Part shown: positions 1-13,320 of the stretch, one piece after another | Numbering within the stretch: position 1 is the first letter of the stretch | Layout: every line of letters begins with the position of its first letter | NCBI RefSeq assembly: GCF_018977255.1 | Contig: NW_024704747.1 | Location: 19,468,001 to 19,532,000 of the forward strand | Reading direction: 5' to 3' | DNA from: Callorhinchus milii | Taxonomy: Eukaryota | DNA length: 64,000 nucleotides | Notes under the pieces: model-generated | The model's database searches: none | What the model saw: only the letters and a program-made list of their open reading frames with translations | What the model was told of the DNA's origin: nothing | Made by a program: the position numbers and the translations under genes

Positions 1-350
1 GGAGGAACAAAGTGGTGGCTGTTCTCTTAACATTTCCACTGGTGGTGAGTCAGTGAGTAGAGGACATTAATTTAACATCAATAGCAAGGCAGCAAAAGGG
101 GAGTTTAAGAGATTTATTTTTTTACACAGAGGGTTGTTAGGGCGTAGAACTATTAAGTGTGGTGGTCGAGACAGAAATCATATAGCTTTCAAGAGGGAAC
201 TTGATATATATCTAAAGAGGGATAATTTGTGGGTATATGTGTAGGGAAAAGGCAGGTAAATGGAGCTGAATGGATTGCTCTTTTAACAAGTTAGCACAAA
301 CATGATGGGTGACTGACCTTCTTCTGTGCTGTAAATATCTATGATTCTAT
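1..350 (+). mobile_element. CR1 LINE 3' end
   Basis: Degenerate ORF2 end (ttttacacagagggttgttagg...ctttcaagagggaacttgat) and 3' tail ending ctgtgctgtaaatatctatgattctat. Confidence 0.8.
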
Positions 351-789
351 TTATCCAGCCTGAACATAGGCCATCAGCTGAATGAAAATGCCACCATAGA
401 AGATTTGTTGCTGAATAATTTAAAACAGTGTAAGGACTTTGAGATATCCACCAAAACAAACTAGGTAACTGCATTGTTTTTACACTTGCTGGGATGCCAG
501 GTTTATGTGAGCACAGAAACAACATCCACACTTTAAGGTCAACCTAAGCAACTCCTCAATAGACAACCAATATAACATCAGCAACCAACACCAGCAATCA
601 GCAATAGAAAATGGTTAATCTCATGCAAATTGTGCTCCGTTAACTAGGATATTAAAACAATGCCAATTAATATGAGGTAGCTCAACCTGTTCGGCATTTA
701 TTATAATGATAAGAAAGCCATTCTTAAAATGTCCAAAAGGTACATAGAAGCCACTTTTGTTGGTTTAGTTTTAAAACAACCACTTTACA

Positions 790-1040
790 AGATCATAAGG
801 TTAGTCTGGATGAAGAAAGCCCTTTGGCCTATCCAATCACATCTCTCCAGAACACCCACCCTACCGTCCCCCATCACAGCATCGAGCTGTCTTTTTAAAA
901 CAAGTCCAATATCCTAGTCTCAACTTCCCTTCCTGGCAACATGTCCCAGTCGTTAATTACAATCAAAGTAAAAAATCACTTCCGAGCATCTGTCCTGATA
1001 TTGCCCCTAACAACTCTGAAACTGTGTCCTCTTATTCTTT
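790..1040 (-). mobile_element. CR1 LINE 3' fragment, old
   Basis: Reverse-complement similarity to the other CR1 tails in the window. Confidence 0.5.
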
Positions 1041-1367
1041 TAAATTCTCCTTCAGAAAGACAGTTCTGGAGTCTGAGAATGCCACATGATCACAAGCGAT
1101 ATGCAGAACATGTGACTCACACGCAGTTACAAAAATAACACCATACATAGTCCAACACGTAGTGCAGTGATGTCATGAACAACCAGCTGACATAAAAACA
1201 AAGGCCCAGTAACGTTCATTAGGCAAATATTGCCATTTTAGGATCTCAAAGGATTTACATCATGATTTTTTTCCTTGCAGCTACTCATTTTGATCAGTCC
1301 TGTAGATAAGAGCATTTAAGTGTTTATTATTATGAATATTTGTCCTATTATTATGAATGTCCATACC

Positions 1368-1510
1368 AGGTATCAGCCTTGGCTCAATTGGTAGTATTCC
1401 CGCGTCTGAGTCAGAAAATTTAGGTTGCGGGTTGTGTACCGAGCCCCACGTTATCGATTTTGAATGCATAGTCTAGGATGATGAATGAAGCACTGAACTG
1501 TCCTCCTAAC
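1368..1510 (+). mobile_element. tRNA-derived Deu-type SINE head fragment
   Basis: cagccttggctcaattggtagtattcccgcgtctgagtcagaa matches the heads at 5318, 17558, 28665, 32365 and 55460. Confidence 0.65.
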
Positions 1511-2639
1511 ATGAAATCAAAATAAAAGTAGCATTTATTATTTCTGTATCCGTGACTTTTCGTCAGGGATAGCAAGCAGGATTTTTCTTCCCACAAATCC
1601 AGAGCCCTGAGGCCAACTGAGATCAGGGATGTGACTGAGCACTGCATCAGGCTACACTTTAATCGTTGTGCCCATGGGGGAACCTGGAGATAGCTCCAAG
1701 TGTATTGCCAAATAAAATGTTCTGCTCTTTTAAAATATCTGTGCGCACTCGGTATCCACATAATCCACAGAAGGCATAAATTATTTCAGTGGTAATGGTG
1801 AGTATCAGCTGAGAAAGCAAATTGCCTGTTACGAAGGATGAAACATATTGTGGAAGGTGCCTGCAATAAGCGCTCTGGGATTCTGGTGCGGGGTTCTATA
1901 TAAATGCAAGTTGTTGTTGAGGCAATGATTCACAGAGATAGAGAGAGTGAGAACCACCCCCCCAACCCACCACCTGCATCTGCTTGTCTGTTTTGCTTCC
2001 TGGTAAGCATCCATCTACTGCATGGCATTGACCAGACCTGCTGGTTACATTGCTTGAATTTCACTGTATGCTGGCCTCTTCCAAAAGGTCGTCACTCACT
2101 TACATTTACACATCATTTCCATACGGGCAAAACAGGCAGTCACTTTCTGGTCTCCCAATGCAGGCAGGCGGATGAATAATTTGCATGCCCTCCAATTAGC
2201 AAATATAAGACTCTGTAACCTGTTGGATTTGTCTGCTTAAATTAAACATGACTTGAAATACATTATCCTGTCAATACTCATTTAATTGTAGTTTGCACGG
2301 GTCTGGATTTGTGTCGCTCGCCTGAAACTGGCTCATTTTGTGCATTTCCCCCACCTGATTTGCACATTCACGTCAGCCAGTGCCAAGTCCATTAAAACGC
2401 AGCCCAGAGCACAAGAATAAAATGCTGCCTATCTGAGGAGAAATACTTTCAAAAAACAGAACTGTACCAGCCAAGGAGTTGCTGGGTTCCTCTATGTGAG
2501 GGAGAGTTGCAATGTCACTTATATGAGTGTAACACCAGAGAGAACACTAAACACTAGAGGACAAATACTTACCTTGGGTACCAAGAGAGAGGATGTCAAG
2601 TTTGCTACATGATCTGCCAAAATGTACCAGTGACACCCA

Positions 2640-3335
2640 GTTACATTAGAATATACAGCACAGAAACAGGCCATTCGGCCCAACTGGTCTATGCTGGTGT
2701 TTATGCTCCACATTGAGCCTCCTCCTGCCCTTCCTCAACTAAGCCTTCAATAATAATAATAATAATCCTTGCATTTGATCTAGCACTTTTCACGTCGGGA
2801 GGACGTCCCAAAGCGCTTCACAGAACACACTGTAAAGTGAATTGACTGTATATTTGTGGGCGAACGCAGCAGCCAATTGCGCACAGCAATGTCCCACAAA
2901 CAGTCGTAGATTGAAAATGACCAATTTATTATTGTTTTTGGTTTTGGAGGGATTATTATTCAAGCATAACCTTCTATTCCTTTCTCCCCATGTAACTATC
3001 TCGCTTCCCCTTAAATACAACTATGCTATTTGCCTCAACAACTCATTGTGGTAGCATGTTCCACATTCCCACTACTCTGTGTAAAGACATTTCTTCTAAC
3101 TTCCCTATTTGGTCTATTTGTGACTATTTTATATTGTTGACCTTTGGTTTTGGTCTCCCCATAAGTGGAAACATTTTCCCTATATCTACCCTATCAAAAC
3201 TTTCATAATTTTAAAGACCTCTATGAGATCACCCCTTACCCTCCTCTTTTCAAGAGACAAGAGTCCAAGAATGTTCAGCCTTTCCTGGTAGGTATAATCT
3301 CTCAGTTCTGGGATCATCCTTGTGAATCTTCTTTC
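2640..3335 (-). mobile_element. CR1 LINE 3' fragment interrupted by a young SINE (2749-2960)
   Basis: Typical CR1 tail tacagcacagaaacaggccattcggccc; ORF2 end resumes after 2960. Confidence 0.8.
2749..2960 (-). mobile_element. Young SINE, 5'-truncated (Deu 3' core, L2-like tail, (ATT)n)
   Basis: Nearly identical to 40756-40972. Confidence 0.85.
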
Positions 3336-4589
3336 ACCAGGCAAATGATTAAGTTGTTGTTGGTGCCACTGGTTTGCCTCCCAGACCCAGTCCTAGTTCC
3401 TGTCCCCAGTTCCCAGCCCCCAGAAAGTCCCCAGCTCCTGGTACTTGTCTCTTGGACCCAAACCCTAATCCCATCTCCCAATTTTCTGGAAACATGCGAA
3501 TTGCAGAGACCCATGTGAATAACAAAGCAGAGACTCAAGGACTGAGATGTGGGTGATATGTTGCACAGAGAGGGATTGTTAAAATATATGATCTACAACC
3601 ACCATCACAATCTTTTAGTAATGCAGATGATCAACAGCTGTTATGGCAGTAAAAGGGTAAGGCTATTGAGTCAATGGAGAAACAGTTAACAGTTGGCATA
3701 ATTGACAATGTCACACTGACTTGTTTACCTCACCAGAATGACGGAGTTACTGACATGTCCAGTGTATAGTACGCAATATGTGACATATGGCTGCCAAAGG
3801 AGCAATAAATATGGACTGTGACCTTTTGTCAATAACTAATAGTATTTTTCATTGGTGATTTCAAGGTAAGTGATTGTGTGGAGCATGACATGCTTCAAGC
3901 ATCTAGTTAGAGAGAGAAAGAAAGAGAGAAAGAGACAGGAGTAACGATTTAACTTAAACAACCCTAGGGACAATGGAGAAGAAGAAATTCACCAGAAAGG
4001 AAGGATGGAAAATGTTTATGAAGCAAAGCAAGTGGAACAATACAATTAAAAATAGGAGAAACAAGAACAAAATAAAAAAAGTAAGGTGAAAAAATTAAAT
4101 GCCTACATTTCACTGTTGTTAATTTGCTTCCTTTATTTATCTGGTTACAAAATTGGCAGTTACTGTTTTTGACAGTAATTATTATGCATTTTCAGATATT
4201 TAAATGTTCGAAGGCATTACAGCAATACACCTTATTATTTGTTTGTCTTTGTGATTAGTAAACTAGTGAGAGGATCACATAAGAGGTAGGGGGAAAAGTG
4301 TCAAGATTGGGGAATCTGATATTATCACTGGTAATATCAGTTATTAACTTTGAGAATTACTGCATACGATCACTAAAAAGGCAATCAGTAACTTTCACTG
4401 TTACCACCTCTAAATAACTATTGACTGCTTCAATCACAGAACATTATGGCACACATAGGGGCCATTCCGCTCATTAAGTCTGTGCTGATGCATCTCTTCA
4501 CATCAGGCACCTAGCTTTATCTCACATTTCATCCGATACAGTGTAAGTCTTGTTGATACCCCACCTGGTGCTGCCTCCGTGGTCAAGGC

Positions 4590-4779
4590 CAGAGTGATCC
4601 AACTGCCGGCCCATGGGCCGCATCCGGCCCACAGGCAGATTTCATCCCCGCCCTACCATTTCATCTGGCCCACCCGTAAATGTTATGTTATGGAAGGGAA
4701 ACATGTTGCTTATGTGGCCTGTGGACTTATGTCAAGTAGGCCATCCAGGCCTCAGCAGCCAAAAGGTTGGAACACCCCG
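4590..4779. mobile_element. Non-autonomous hAT (Charlie-type) MITE
   Basis: Imperfect TIRs cagagtgatccaac...gttggaacaccccg, subterminal ggccc motifs, and an 8-bp TSD gtcaaggc / gtctaggc (7/8). Confidence 0.75.
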
Positions 4780-5317
4780 GTCTAGGCTAATGCTCCAGTG
4801 AAGAGCTGGGGGGTGGTTGTTAAAATTTCTCCTGGTATCCTGACCAGCAATTACTCAGATAAAATTAATCATTCACTTCAGGGCTGTTTGTGAAACATTA
4901 CAGTGCACAAATCGGCTGCTTCATTCCAACAAAATAGTCACTGCAGTCAGCAGTGAATCATATGAGGCTCTTTGAGACATGAAAGGCGCTATATTGAATG
5001 CAAGGATTATTATTAATTATTATTATTAATGACAGCATTTGAATGGATGTCAATTCTACTACCACTCACTCAAGACTCCACTTCCTTAATGGTGATGATG
5101 GCTTACCATTTAAGCAAACATTCAAAAAGTCAACAGAAACAATGGAAAAGGATGTTCATCATAATTCTTTTTATGGGCTCAATTCTCTAAAGGTTACTGG
5201 TGCTTAGACTTCCTGGTTTAAGAGCAGATTTGTGCACTTTGCATAAGAGCCTGAGAGGTTAGAATGGAGACAGCCTTTTGACCTATTTCATTTCATCCTT
5301 CCATAACATAATTCTGA

Positions 5318-5720
5318 GTCAACCTGGCTCAGTTGGTAGCACTCTCACCTCCGAGTCGGAGGATTGCGGTATCAAGCCCTATGTTGGGACTTGGAACCCA
5401 TGCACAGTAATTTTCTTCTGACACTACAATGCAGTGTTGGAGGTGCTGTCCTTCGGATTAGATGTTAAACCAAGGTTCTACCTGCCTGTTCCGGTGAACG
5501 TTAAAGACACGACTCAAAAAGTGAAGGGAGTTAATCCATATATCCTGGCCAGCAGACCCCCCAAATAAAATTGATCATTCACTTCATGGCTGTTTGTTGT
5601 ACATTGCTGTGTCTACGAATGCACATTCATCACAAAATTCACAGTAAAATTCTGTGAAGCGCTCTGAGACATCTTAATGATGTGATAAGATGCTATAGCA
5701 AATGCAAGGATTATTATGTA
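5318..5720 (+). mobile_element. Near-full-length Deu-domain SINE (AmnSINE1/SacSINE1-like)
   Basis: tRNA-like head; Deu core (ggtgctgtccttcggattagatgttaaaccaagg...ggctgtttgt); tail tgtgaagcgctctgagac...aaatgcaaggattatt. Confidence 0.8.
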
Positions 5721-6291
5721 TATATTATGTACAGTGAACAAAATTTGGTGGAGACTGGAGGTAATGAAGAATCAGATTGAAGATAAGCTGGAAACTCTCT
5801 CATTGAAGAAATAAAAAATCTCTTCATTGTAAACAAGTAAAGGATGTGTTTTAATCTGAAAGGAATTTAGAATAATAGAACTACAATTCTAAAAAAATTA
5901 AAAAAAATTCTGGTTCCCATTTTTGCTCCCTACTAGATTTCTTACACTCACTATTGTTTTTGGCCCTTAATTCACTTTTTCTTCTGTTTCCTTCAGATGG
6001 TTCCTTCCAGAATTACCAGGAAATATGAACTTGTTTTCAACCAGCTGTTATGATCATTGCCAAGTGATTGCTCATCGGTGCAAACAATGGGCAAAACATA
6101 CAGCAACAAGGGCTTAAAATAGAATGAAAAGTGAAAGAGATTCTGGCATTATAATAATGTGGCTCAGAAATAACAGGTCCTCTTCCAAGCTATTGTGAGG
6201 CTTGTGTAATGACTGAGATATGCAAGCACAGTATCTAATTGTCCAGTCACCCATTCAAAGGCCATCAACCATTCTTTTTCACATGGACAAA

Positions 6292-6690
6292 TAATAATAA
6301 TAATCCTTGCATTTGAGATAGATTTCATTTCAGGAGAATGTCTTAACGTACTTCACAGGATGTGCTATAAAGTGCAGTGACTATTAATTTTGTGGGGGAA
6401 CATACAGCCAGTTTGCACACAGCAATATCCGTATTTGGGAGCATTGTTCGCCAGGACACCAGGAGAAATTCCCTTCTCCTTTCAAATCGTACTATCAAAT
6501 CGTTAACATCCATGGAAACAGGCAGATGGTTCAGTTTAACATTTCATGCAAAGAACAGCACCTCCAGCATACACCCAGCACTATATTGGAGAGTAAGCCT
6601 AAACTAAACGAGTTCCAAATCCCGACCTGGGCTTGAACCACAACCTCCTGACTCGGAGCAAGAATGCTACTAATTGAGCAAGGTTCACAA
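6292..6690 (-). mobile_element. Deu-domain SINE
   Basis: Reverse complement of the family at 5318. Confidence 0.75.
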
Positions 6691-7489
6691 GCAAGGTAAC
6701 GCATATTGGAACAAGAAAAGTAAATATGTACATAAAAGGAAGGGCTGTGCATTGAAGAAGCCAAAATTGAAAAGAATCTGGGCATGATTTTTGATCATTC
6801 ACTGAAGCTTTTAAGTGCAGGTGAAACTGCTGTCGACAAAGCTAATCAAATACGAAGTTGCACCTACCTTGAGGGTATTTTACTTTAAGACGAAATAAAC
6901 TTTGTACCGTCTCTTGATCAAATAAAAGTGGGATGTTAGCAACCTATCTTTAAAAGGCTAAGAGAAGAACATAAAGGTTAAGTCTTTCAGTTTTAAGGAG
7001 AGATCTATGAAGGAAAGCAGGCCAAAGCTTCACCTGGCTGGACAAGCAACAGAAAGCCAGTGCTTTTAATAGCAAACTCTGAGGTTTTAGCTGGTTAAAC
7101 TCCAGCAGTACCCCAAGTCCCTAAGCTTTGGCTCTTGCCAATCTGCACCTAATACGCTACAGAATTTGGTAAGCAGGATATGTCCCTCCAGGAACAGAGT
7201 GTGCTTTCCATTCCATACACAAGTAAATTGCCATGTGTAGGCGGCATACATATGTGGAGCTCTCAGTCTCTTTGGAATAGTGATGAGTTTCCGTATGCAT
7301 TAGACCCCCGGCTGACCAAAGTAGAAATTATAAAATTTTGCCCTAGATACAAAATGTATATTTGTGAATGTTGAGTGAACAGATCAGATGCAAGATCTTC
7401 TGTATAACATACTGAGACATTGATGAGATTCACACTTGAGGAATCGGTACTTGTGTGAAGTATTAGGCAGCATCATGGAGCCATACTCT

Positions 7490-8812
7490 ACAATAGCAAC
7501 AATAACAACAAAATTACATTTCTATAGTGCCTTTCATGTCCAGAAGACGTCCCAAGGTGCTGGACAATCAGTGTTTCGGACCCAAGCTCAGGGTTGGGAT
7601 CAGGGAGGGTGGAGCGCAGGGGAGGGAAGGAGGGTGACCAAAGGTATGGTTGAAGAGGAGGGTCTTGAGATGGGTCTTGAAGGAGGCAAGGGAGGGGGCG
7701 AGGTGGAGGGACTGTGGGATGGAGTTCCAGAGGGTGGGGGCAGAGTGGTAGAAAGCCCACCCGCCAATGGTGGGCATGTGAGGCGGCGGGCCGTAAAGCA
7801 GGCCGGAGCCCGCTGAGCGGAGGGAGCGAGCAGGCTGGTAGGGGGTTAGAAGGTCACAGAGGTAGGGGGGAATAAGGCCTTGGAGGGCTTTGAAGATGAG
7901 GACCAGGATCTTGAACGGTAGCCTCTGTGTGATGGGAAGCCAGTGGAGTCAGGCGAGGATGGGGGTGATAGGGTCACGGATCCTGGTGCGGGAGAGGACA
8001 CGGGCTGCAGAGTTTTGGATGATCTCTGGATGATTCTGGATGGAGGAGTTAGGGAGGCCGATAAGCAGGGAGTTTGCGTAGTCGAGCCTGGATGTTATGA
8101 ATGCGTGTGTGAGGGTCTTGGCGGCCTCCAGTGTGAGACAGTGATGGGGCCGGGCAATGGTGTGGAGGTGGGGGCAAGCAGAGCGGGACATGCCACGGAT
8201 GTGGGGTAGAAAGGATAGTTTTGGGTCCAGCAAGACGCCAAGGTTCTGAACTGGCTTAGTGAGTGGAGTGTGCATCCTTGGATGATGATGCTGTCAGCGC
8301 CTGAGGTGTGGAGGCGCTGACGGGAGCCAATCAGGAGGGCCCTTGGTCTTGTTGACATTCAACTGTAGAAAGTTAACTCTCATCTGGGACTGACAGACGT
8401 ACTTCAGGACAGCAGTGGTCCTGGAGTCAAGGGTGGAGGCAGAGAGATAGAGTTGGGTGTCATCCACATACATATGGAAGTTGACCCCATGTCTGTGGAT
8501 GATGTCACCAAGAAGGAGCATATAGATATTGAAAAGGAGGGGACCAAGCTCAGAGCTCTGAGGAACTCTGCACGAAACAGTGGGGGCTAGAGGAGGAGCC
8601 ATTTGTGGAGATGAAGTGGAGACGGTGTGAGATGTAGGATCTGAACCATTCAAGGACAGAACCATGAACAACAACAACAAAAATTTAATTTATAGAGCAC
8701 CTTTCACGTCGGGAGTACGTCCCAAGGTACTGAGTCCCAAGACGCTGCCTTGGAGGTTGAAGTGAGAGGAGAGGTAGTGGAGGAGGATAGAGTGATCAAC
8801 AGTATCGAAGTA
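7490..8812 (-). mobile_element. L2 LINE 3' portion (degenerate RT and tail), with a second L2 tail at ~8665-8735
   Basis: Fragmented ORFs with [71 protein letters not shown]; (GTT)n tail. Confidence 0.92.
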
Positions 8813-8819
8813 GATACTC

Positions 8820-9130
8820 TAATAATAATAATTCTTGCATTTGATATAGCGCTTTTCACGTCTTCTAGTCTCAAAGCGCTTCACACAATACATGGAAAAG
8901 GTGAATTGACTGTATATTTGTGGGAGAAACATGGCAGCCACTTGCACACAGCAGTGTCCCACAAACAGTCGTGGATTGAAGAGACCAATTTATCATTGTT
9001 TTTTTTTCTTGAGGGATTATTATCAGGTGTGTGGAGTAGGAAACTTGCCCAGGTTTCGACCTGCCGGGAATCAAACCTAGGTACCTTGCTTGGGAGGCGA
9101 GTGCTCTAACCACTGAGCTACAGGACTCCA
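8820..9130 (-). mobile_element. Full-length young tRNA-derived SINE
   Basis: Head ggagtcctgtagctcagtggttagagc, Deu 3' core and (ATT)n tail; same family as 40756-41082. Confidence 0.85.
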
Positions 9131-9844
9131 AGAAGAGTCATAGACTTTAGGAAAGAGAAAAAATGTACATTATCATGAATTTAATATGTAGTCAAGTTGT
9201 ACGATTTGTGCGGACGTTTCAAGCATCTCCTGTGAATTCACCTACGTTGGTTTCACATTACAACACCCACACACTATCCAGCAAAGTAGGGCAGTTTAAA
9301 GCTGAATTACACAAGTTTCGCTGCTGCGAATTATTCAACTCCATTTTGTATGCATTGAACATTTTATTGTACACTGCACAAAGCAAATCGATTGCCTTCT
9401 TTCAAGATTTTATTTTCAGAGAGAAATTGAGAATTGGCAAGATTGGATTAAGTGGCCTGCTTTGCATGGAGTCATGCCTTGTAAGTACGCTGCATATCAA
9501 AGGCAATGTTGTACGTCATTTCCAACCATAGTTGACATTTTCATTATCCACCCACTCAACCTAAGCCATCCAAGGGCAATTTTATTATGTAACTAACACT
9601 GTGCAGTGTCCTTCAAGAGCCTAACAGACCTTTACTTTGCTTATAACACTGACATGAATAAAATCCAACATGAGACATTACAATATCTTTAATTTTAACA
9701 AAGATCTTTGAACATAAGGATGTACAAGTCCGAGTAAGACTACTGTAGTCCATTTGGCTCAAATAAGGTACAGGAAAAACAATTCAAATAAGATAAGTAA
9801 GCCTAGAGTACTGTTAACTTCATATGTCTTCAAGCCACGTTATT

Positions 9845-10345
9845 ATTGTTATTATTAATAAATAATAATCTTTACATTTGATTATAGCACTTTGGAATGT
9901 CCTCCCAACATGAAAGGCTCCATACAAATGGAATTTGTTGTTGTTGTTTCACGTCAGGCAGACTGTCAAAACACTTCACATGATATACTGTAAAATGTAG
10001 TGACTGTGTGGGAATTTCTTTGTGTTTTTTTGTGGGTGAACACAGCAGCCCAGTTGGGCAAGGCAATGGGCCATAAGCAGCTAAGACAAGTATAACCATT
10101 ATTATATTTTTCGGGGGGAAGGATTATTGGGCAATAGAACCATGTGAGGTCCACCTGAACAGGATAACGGGGCTCATATTAATGTCTCATCCAAAGGAGA
10201 GTGCCTCAAACAATGCAGTGCACCACCAGCACTGCATTGTAGTGACATCTTACACTATACAAGTCCAATGCTGGCCAGCACTCAAGAATTATAGGGAGGG
10301 TGACTCAGAGGAAAGAGTGCTATCACATAAAACAGGCTGAAACAC
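9845..10345 (-). mobile_element. Cluster of SINE/L2 tails and an old Deu SINE
   Basis: Head-to-head tail motifs, then degenerate Deu core and head. Confidence 0.6.
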
Positions 10346-12219
10346 GTCAAAGTCTTATGCTTAAGACTTCAATTTATCTTTGCATCTATGAGTTAGAGAT
10401 CAATCCAAATCAATAGAAACACAAGCACCATTAAGAATTATGGTCGGTGTCATGCTCAGGTACAAGTGAACCTATGTTCAAACCATGAGCCATATACGAG
10501 TGAGATGTGCTTCCGCCTCAAACTCACCGTTTCAATTCTTGAATAGATTCATTCACTGTTCTGCACAGGGACACAAAACAGAATTTAAGAGAACAAATTC
10601 AAAAAGAAAAATGACAAAATAGGCAATCTAATAGTTATTCATTGCATTAAAAGTTCATGCGTTGATCTAAATCACGCTGGGGTCAATATTAGCTCTCACG
10701 TCTACCTTGTCCATTGCCTACAAAAGCTGAACACATACATTCATTCATCATACCCTAACCTAAACCGGGAAAATCTACCCAACAGTTTGCTGGTGCCATG
10801 GGACCCATTGCCATGGAGACAATTCAGATAGCTACTCAAGCAGAAGCCTTGTTGTGTGCCAGACCCATTGATCCATCAATAGAGCACCAGAACATTCAAA
10901 GAGTTCTGGCGCAGGTCAGACTACTTCAGTACAGCCCTGTGCAAATACGAAATTGCACCAAGCATGGAAAATAAAAGACTGATAGTACCACCATTACCAC
11001 TCATTACCATTCCTGAAAGCCAGTAATGACCACAGTGTCCCTCAAAATAATGAAATTATAAATATTTATTTGCTGTGCGTATATTTTATGATGGTGTGCA
11101 TGCTCTCCAGAGCATTGACTGGTACGTAAAGTATAATGAGCTGTCTTCCTCTCGACTTCTCTTTGCCTGTCAGTAAGTGAGCAATTCCTAAGAGGCACCA
11201 TTCTTAGAATTGCCTTCCTGAACTCTTATGTCACCTCGAATGGAAACTTGCGTGCAGAAGAAAAGAAGGGGAGGTTTTAAAACATTGTTTTATACACAGA
11301 CACACTCAGCCACACAGGTTGTTAGAACTTGGATGGCTCAGACGCTGTTGAAACTGAATCCATAACAGCACTTAAAGAGTAATTGGATAAAAATTCGAAC
11401 AAGATCTCACACGAGGTGAATGGCTAATTAATGTGGAAGATTGTTGGCTCGGTCACCAGGAGAAACTCTCTTGCCTCTATCTAACGTGTGGTGGAATCTT
11501 TACTGTTCATGTCTAAAAACAAGCAGATAGAACCTCAGTTTAGAGTTCCAACCAAAAGACAATACTTTTGACTAAGCAACGGAGGCTCCCCGAGTACTGC
11601 AGCAGAGTGTTGGCTAATACTACCTCCAAACCCACCATGGAGCTGGGACCCACACACTTCAGACATAAAGACTTGTTAAACAAAACCACAAAATCACTTA
11701 TTCAAACCTAAAAAATACAGTCACTACACTTTACAGTAAATATTGTGAAACATTTTGAGTCGTCCTCCTGATGCGAAAGGTGCTATACCAATTATAAGGC
11801 TTATTACTATTATCGTCATAACACTAATTTCCTGTATTTTATTCACTGAATTTGTTTCCTGTACGTAAACAAGGAAATTTTAATGGCCTTAAGTACCCAT
11901 TATTTAGGAAACTCTCCATGCAATGATTTGTTTAAAATTACTTTTGCTTGTTCAGCAGGTAACCTTCATATTTTACTATAAGGTGTTGCATTTCCCAAGA
12001 TTGGGTGGTTTTATTCAAGCCAATTTCAAAGGAAAACTTAAGTGAATAGTGAAGGGCTCAAAATACAGAGCAATTGCACTACTGCTGGTTCACAACCATT
12101 GCAGTTATAGCCTCAAATGCCAGCACCTCACTGTGTTCTGCTGAACTTTAATTGTAGCTCCCTGCATTAGACTTAACATTGTCTAGGACTCCAACAAACA
12201 CCACCAATTTGCATTCATG

Positions 12220-13320
12220 TAGTTGTCTCCACAAAGGGCTTCTCCCCTAGGCCCCGTACCGTTTCGTGTGGAATTCCTCAGTGCTCTGTCCTTGGTCCCC
12301 TCCTTTTCAAGGTCTACATGCTCCCGCTACAGACATGGGGTCATCTTCCAACTGTATGCGGATGTCACCCAACTCTATCCCTCTGCCTCCACTCTAGATT
12401 CCAAGTCCTCTGCTGTCCTGACAGAATGTCTGGCAGAATGTCTGTCAGACATCAAGTCCTGGATGAGAGCCAACCTTCTTCAGTTGAATGTTAACAAGAC
12501 CGAGGCTCTCCTGATTGACTCCCGTCAGAGCCTCCACACCTCAGGCACTGACAGCATCATCACCCCCTATGCATACTTTCCCTTACTAAGCCAGTTCATA
12601 ACCTTGGCATCTTGTTTGACCCCAAACTATCCTTTCTACCCCACATCCATGCCATGTCCTGCTCTGCCTTCCCCCACCTCCGCTCCATTGTCCGGTTCCC
12701 TCACTGCCTCGCACCGCAGGCCAGAAAGACCCTCATACACACATTCATAACATCCAGGCTTGACTACGCAAACTCCCTGCTTGTCGGCCTCCCCAACCCC
12801 TCTCTCCATAGTCTGCAGATAATCCAAAACTCTGCAGCCCGTGTCCTCTCCCGCACCTATCACCCCCATCCTCGCTCAACTCCACTGGCTTTCCATCACA
12901 CAGAGGATACAGTTCAATATCCTGTTTTTCACCTTTAAAGCCCTCCATGGCATTGTTCTACCTCTGCGACCTTCTAACCCCCTACCAGCCTGCCCGCTTC
13001 CTCCACTCAGGGGGCTCCAGCCTGCTCCACGTCTCCCACCTCGCCTGGCCCACCATTGGCGGACGGGTCTTCTGGCACTCTGCCCCCACTCTCTGGAATG
13101 CCATCCCACAGTGCCTCCGCCTCGCCACCTCCCTTGTTTCTTTCAAGACCGGTATCAAGACCCTCCTCTTTGACTGTACCTTCGGTCACCCTCGTTCCCC
13201 CCTGCTCTCCACCCTCCCCAATTCCGACCCCCAGCTTGGGTCGGAAACACTGATAGTTCAGCACCCTGGGACGTCCTCCTGACATTAAAGGCGCTATACT
13301 AAATGTAATTTTGTTGTTGT
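12220..13320 (+). mobile_element. L2 LINE 3' portion (degenerate RT and tail)
   Basis: [61 protein letters not shown]; tail gggacgtcctcctgacattaaaggcgctat...(GTT)n. Confidence 0.92.

Noticed and set aside
3165-3556. Pro/Ser-rich ORFs
   Set aside because: Antisense CR1 remnant plus low-complexity sequence; no splice or homology support.
7436-8680. Many overlapping 60-130 aa ORFs, also at 12223-13648 and 18579-19433
   Set aside because: Frameshifted L2 reverse-transcriptase remnants and their antisense frames, not host genes.
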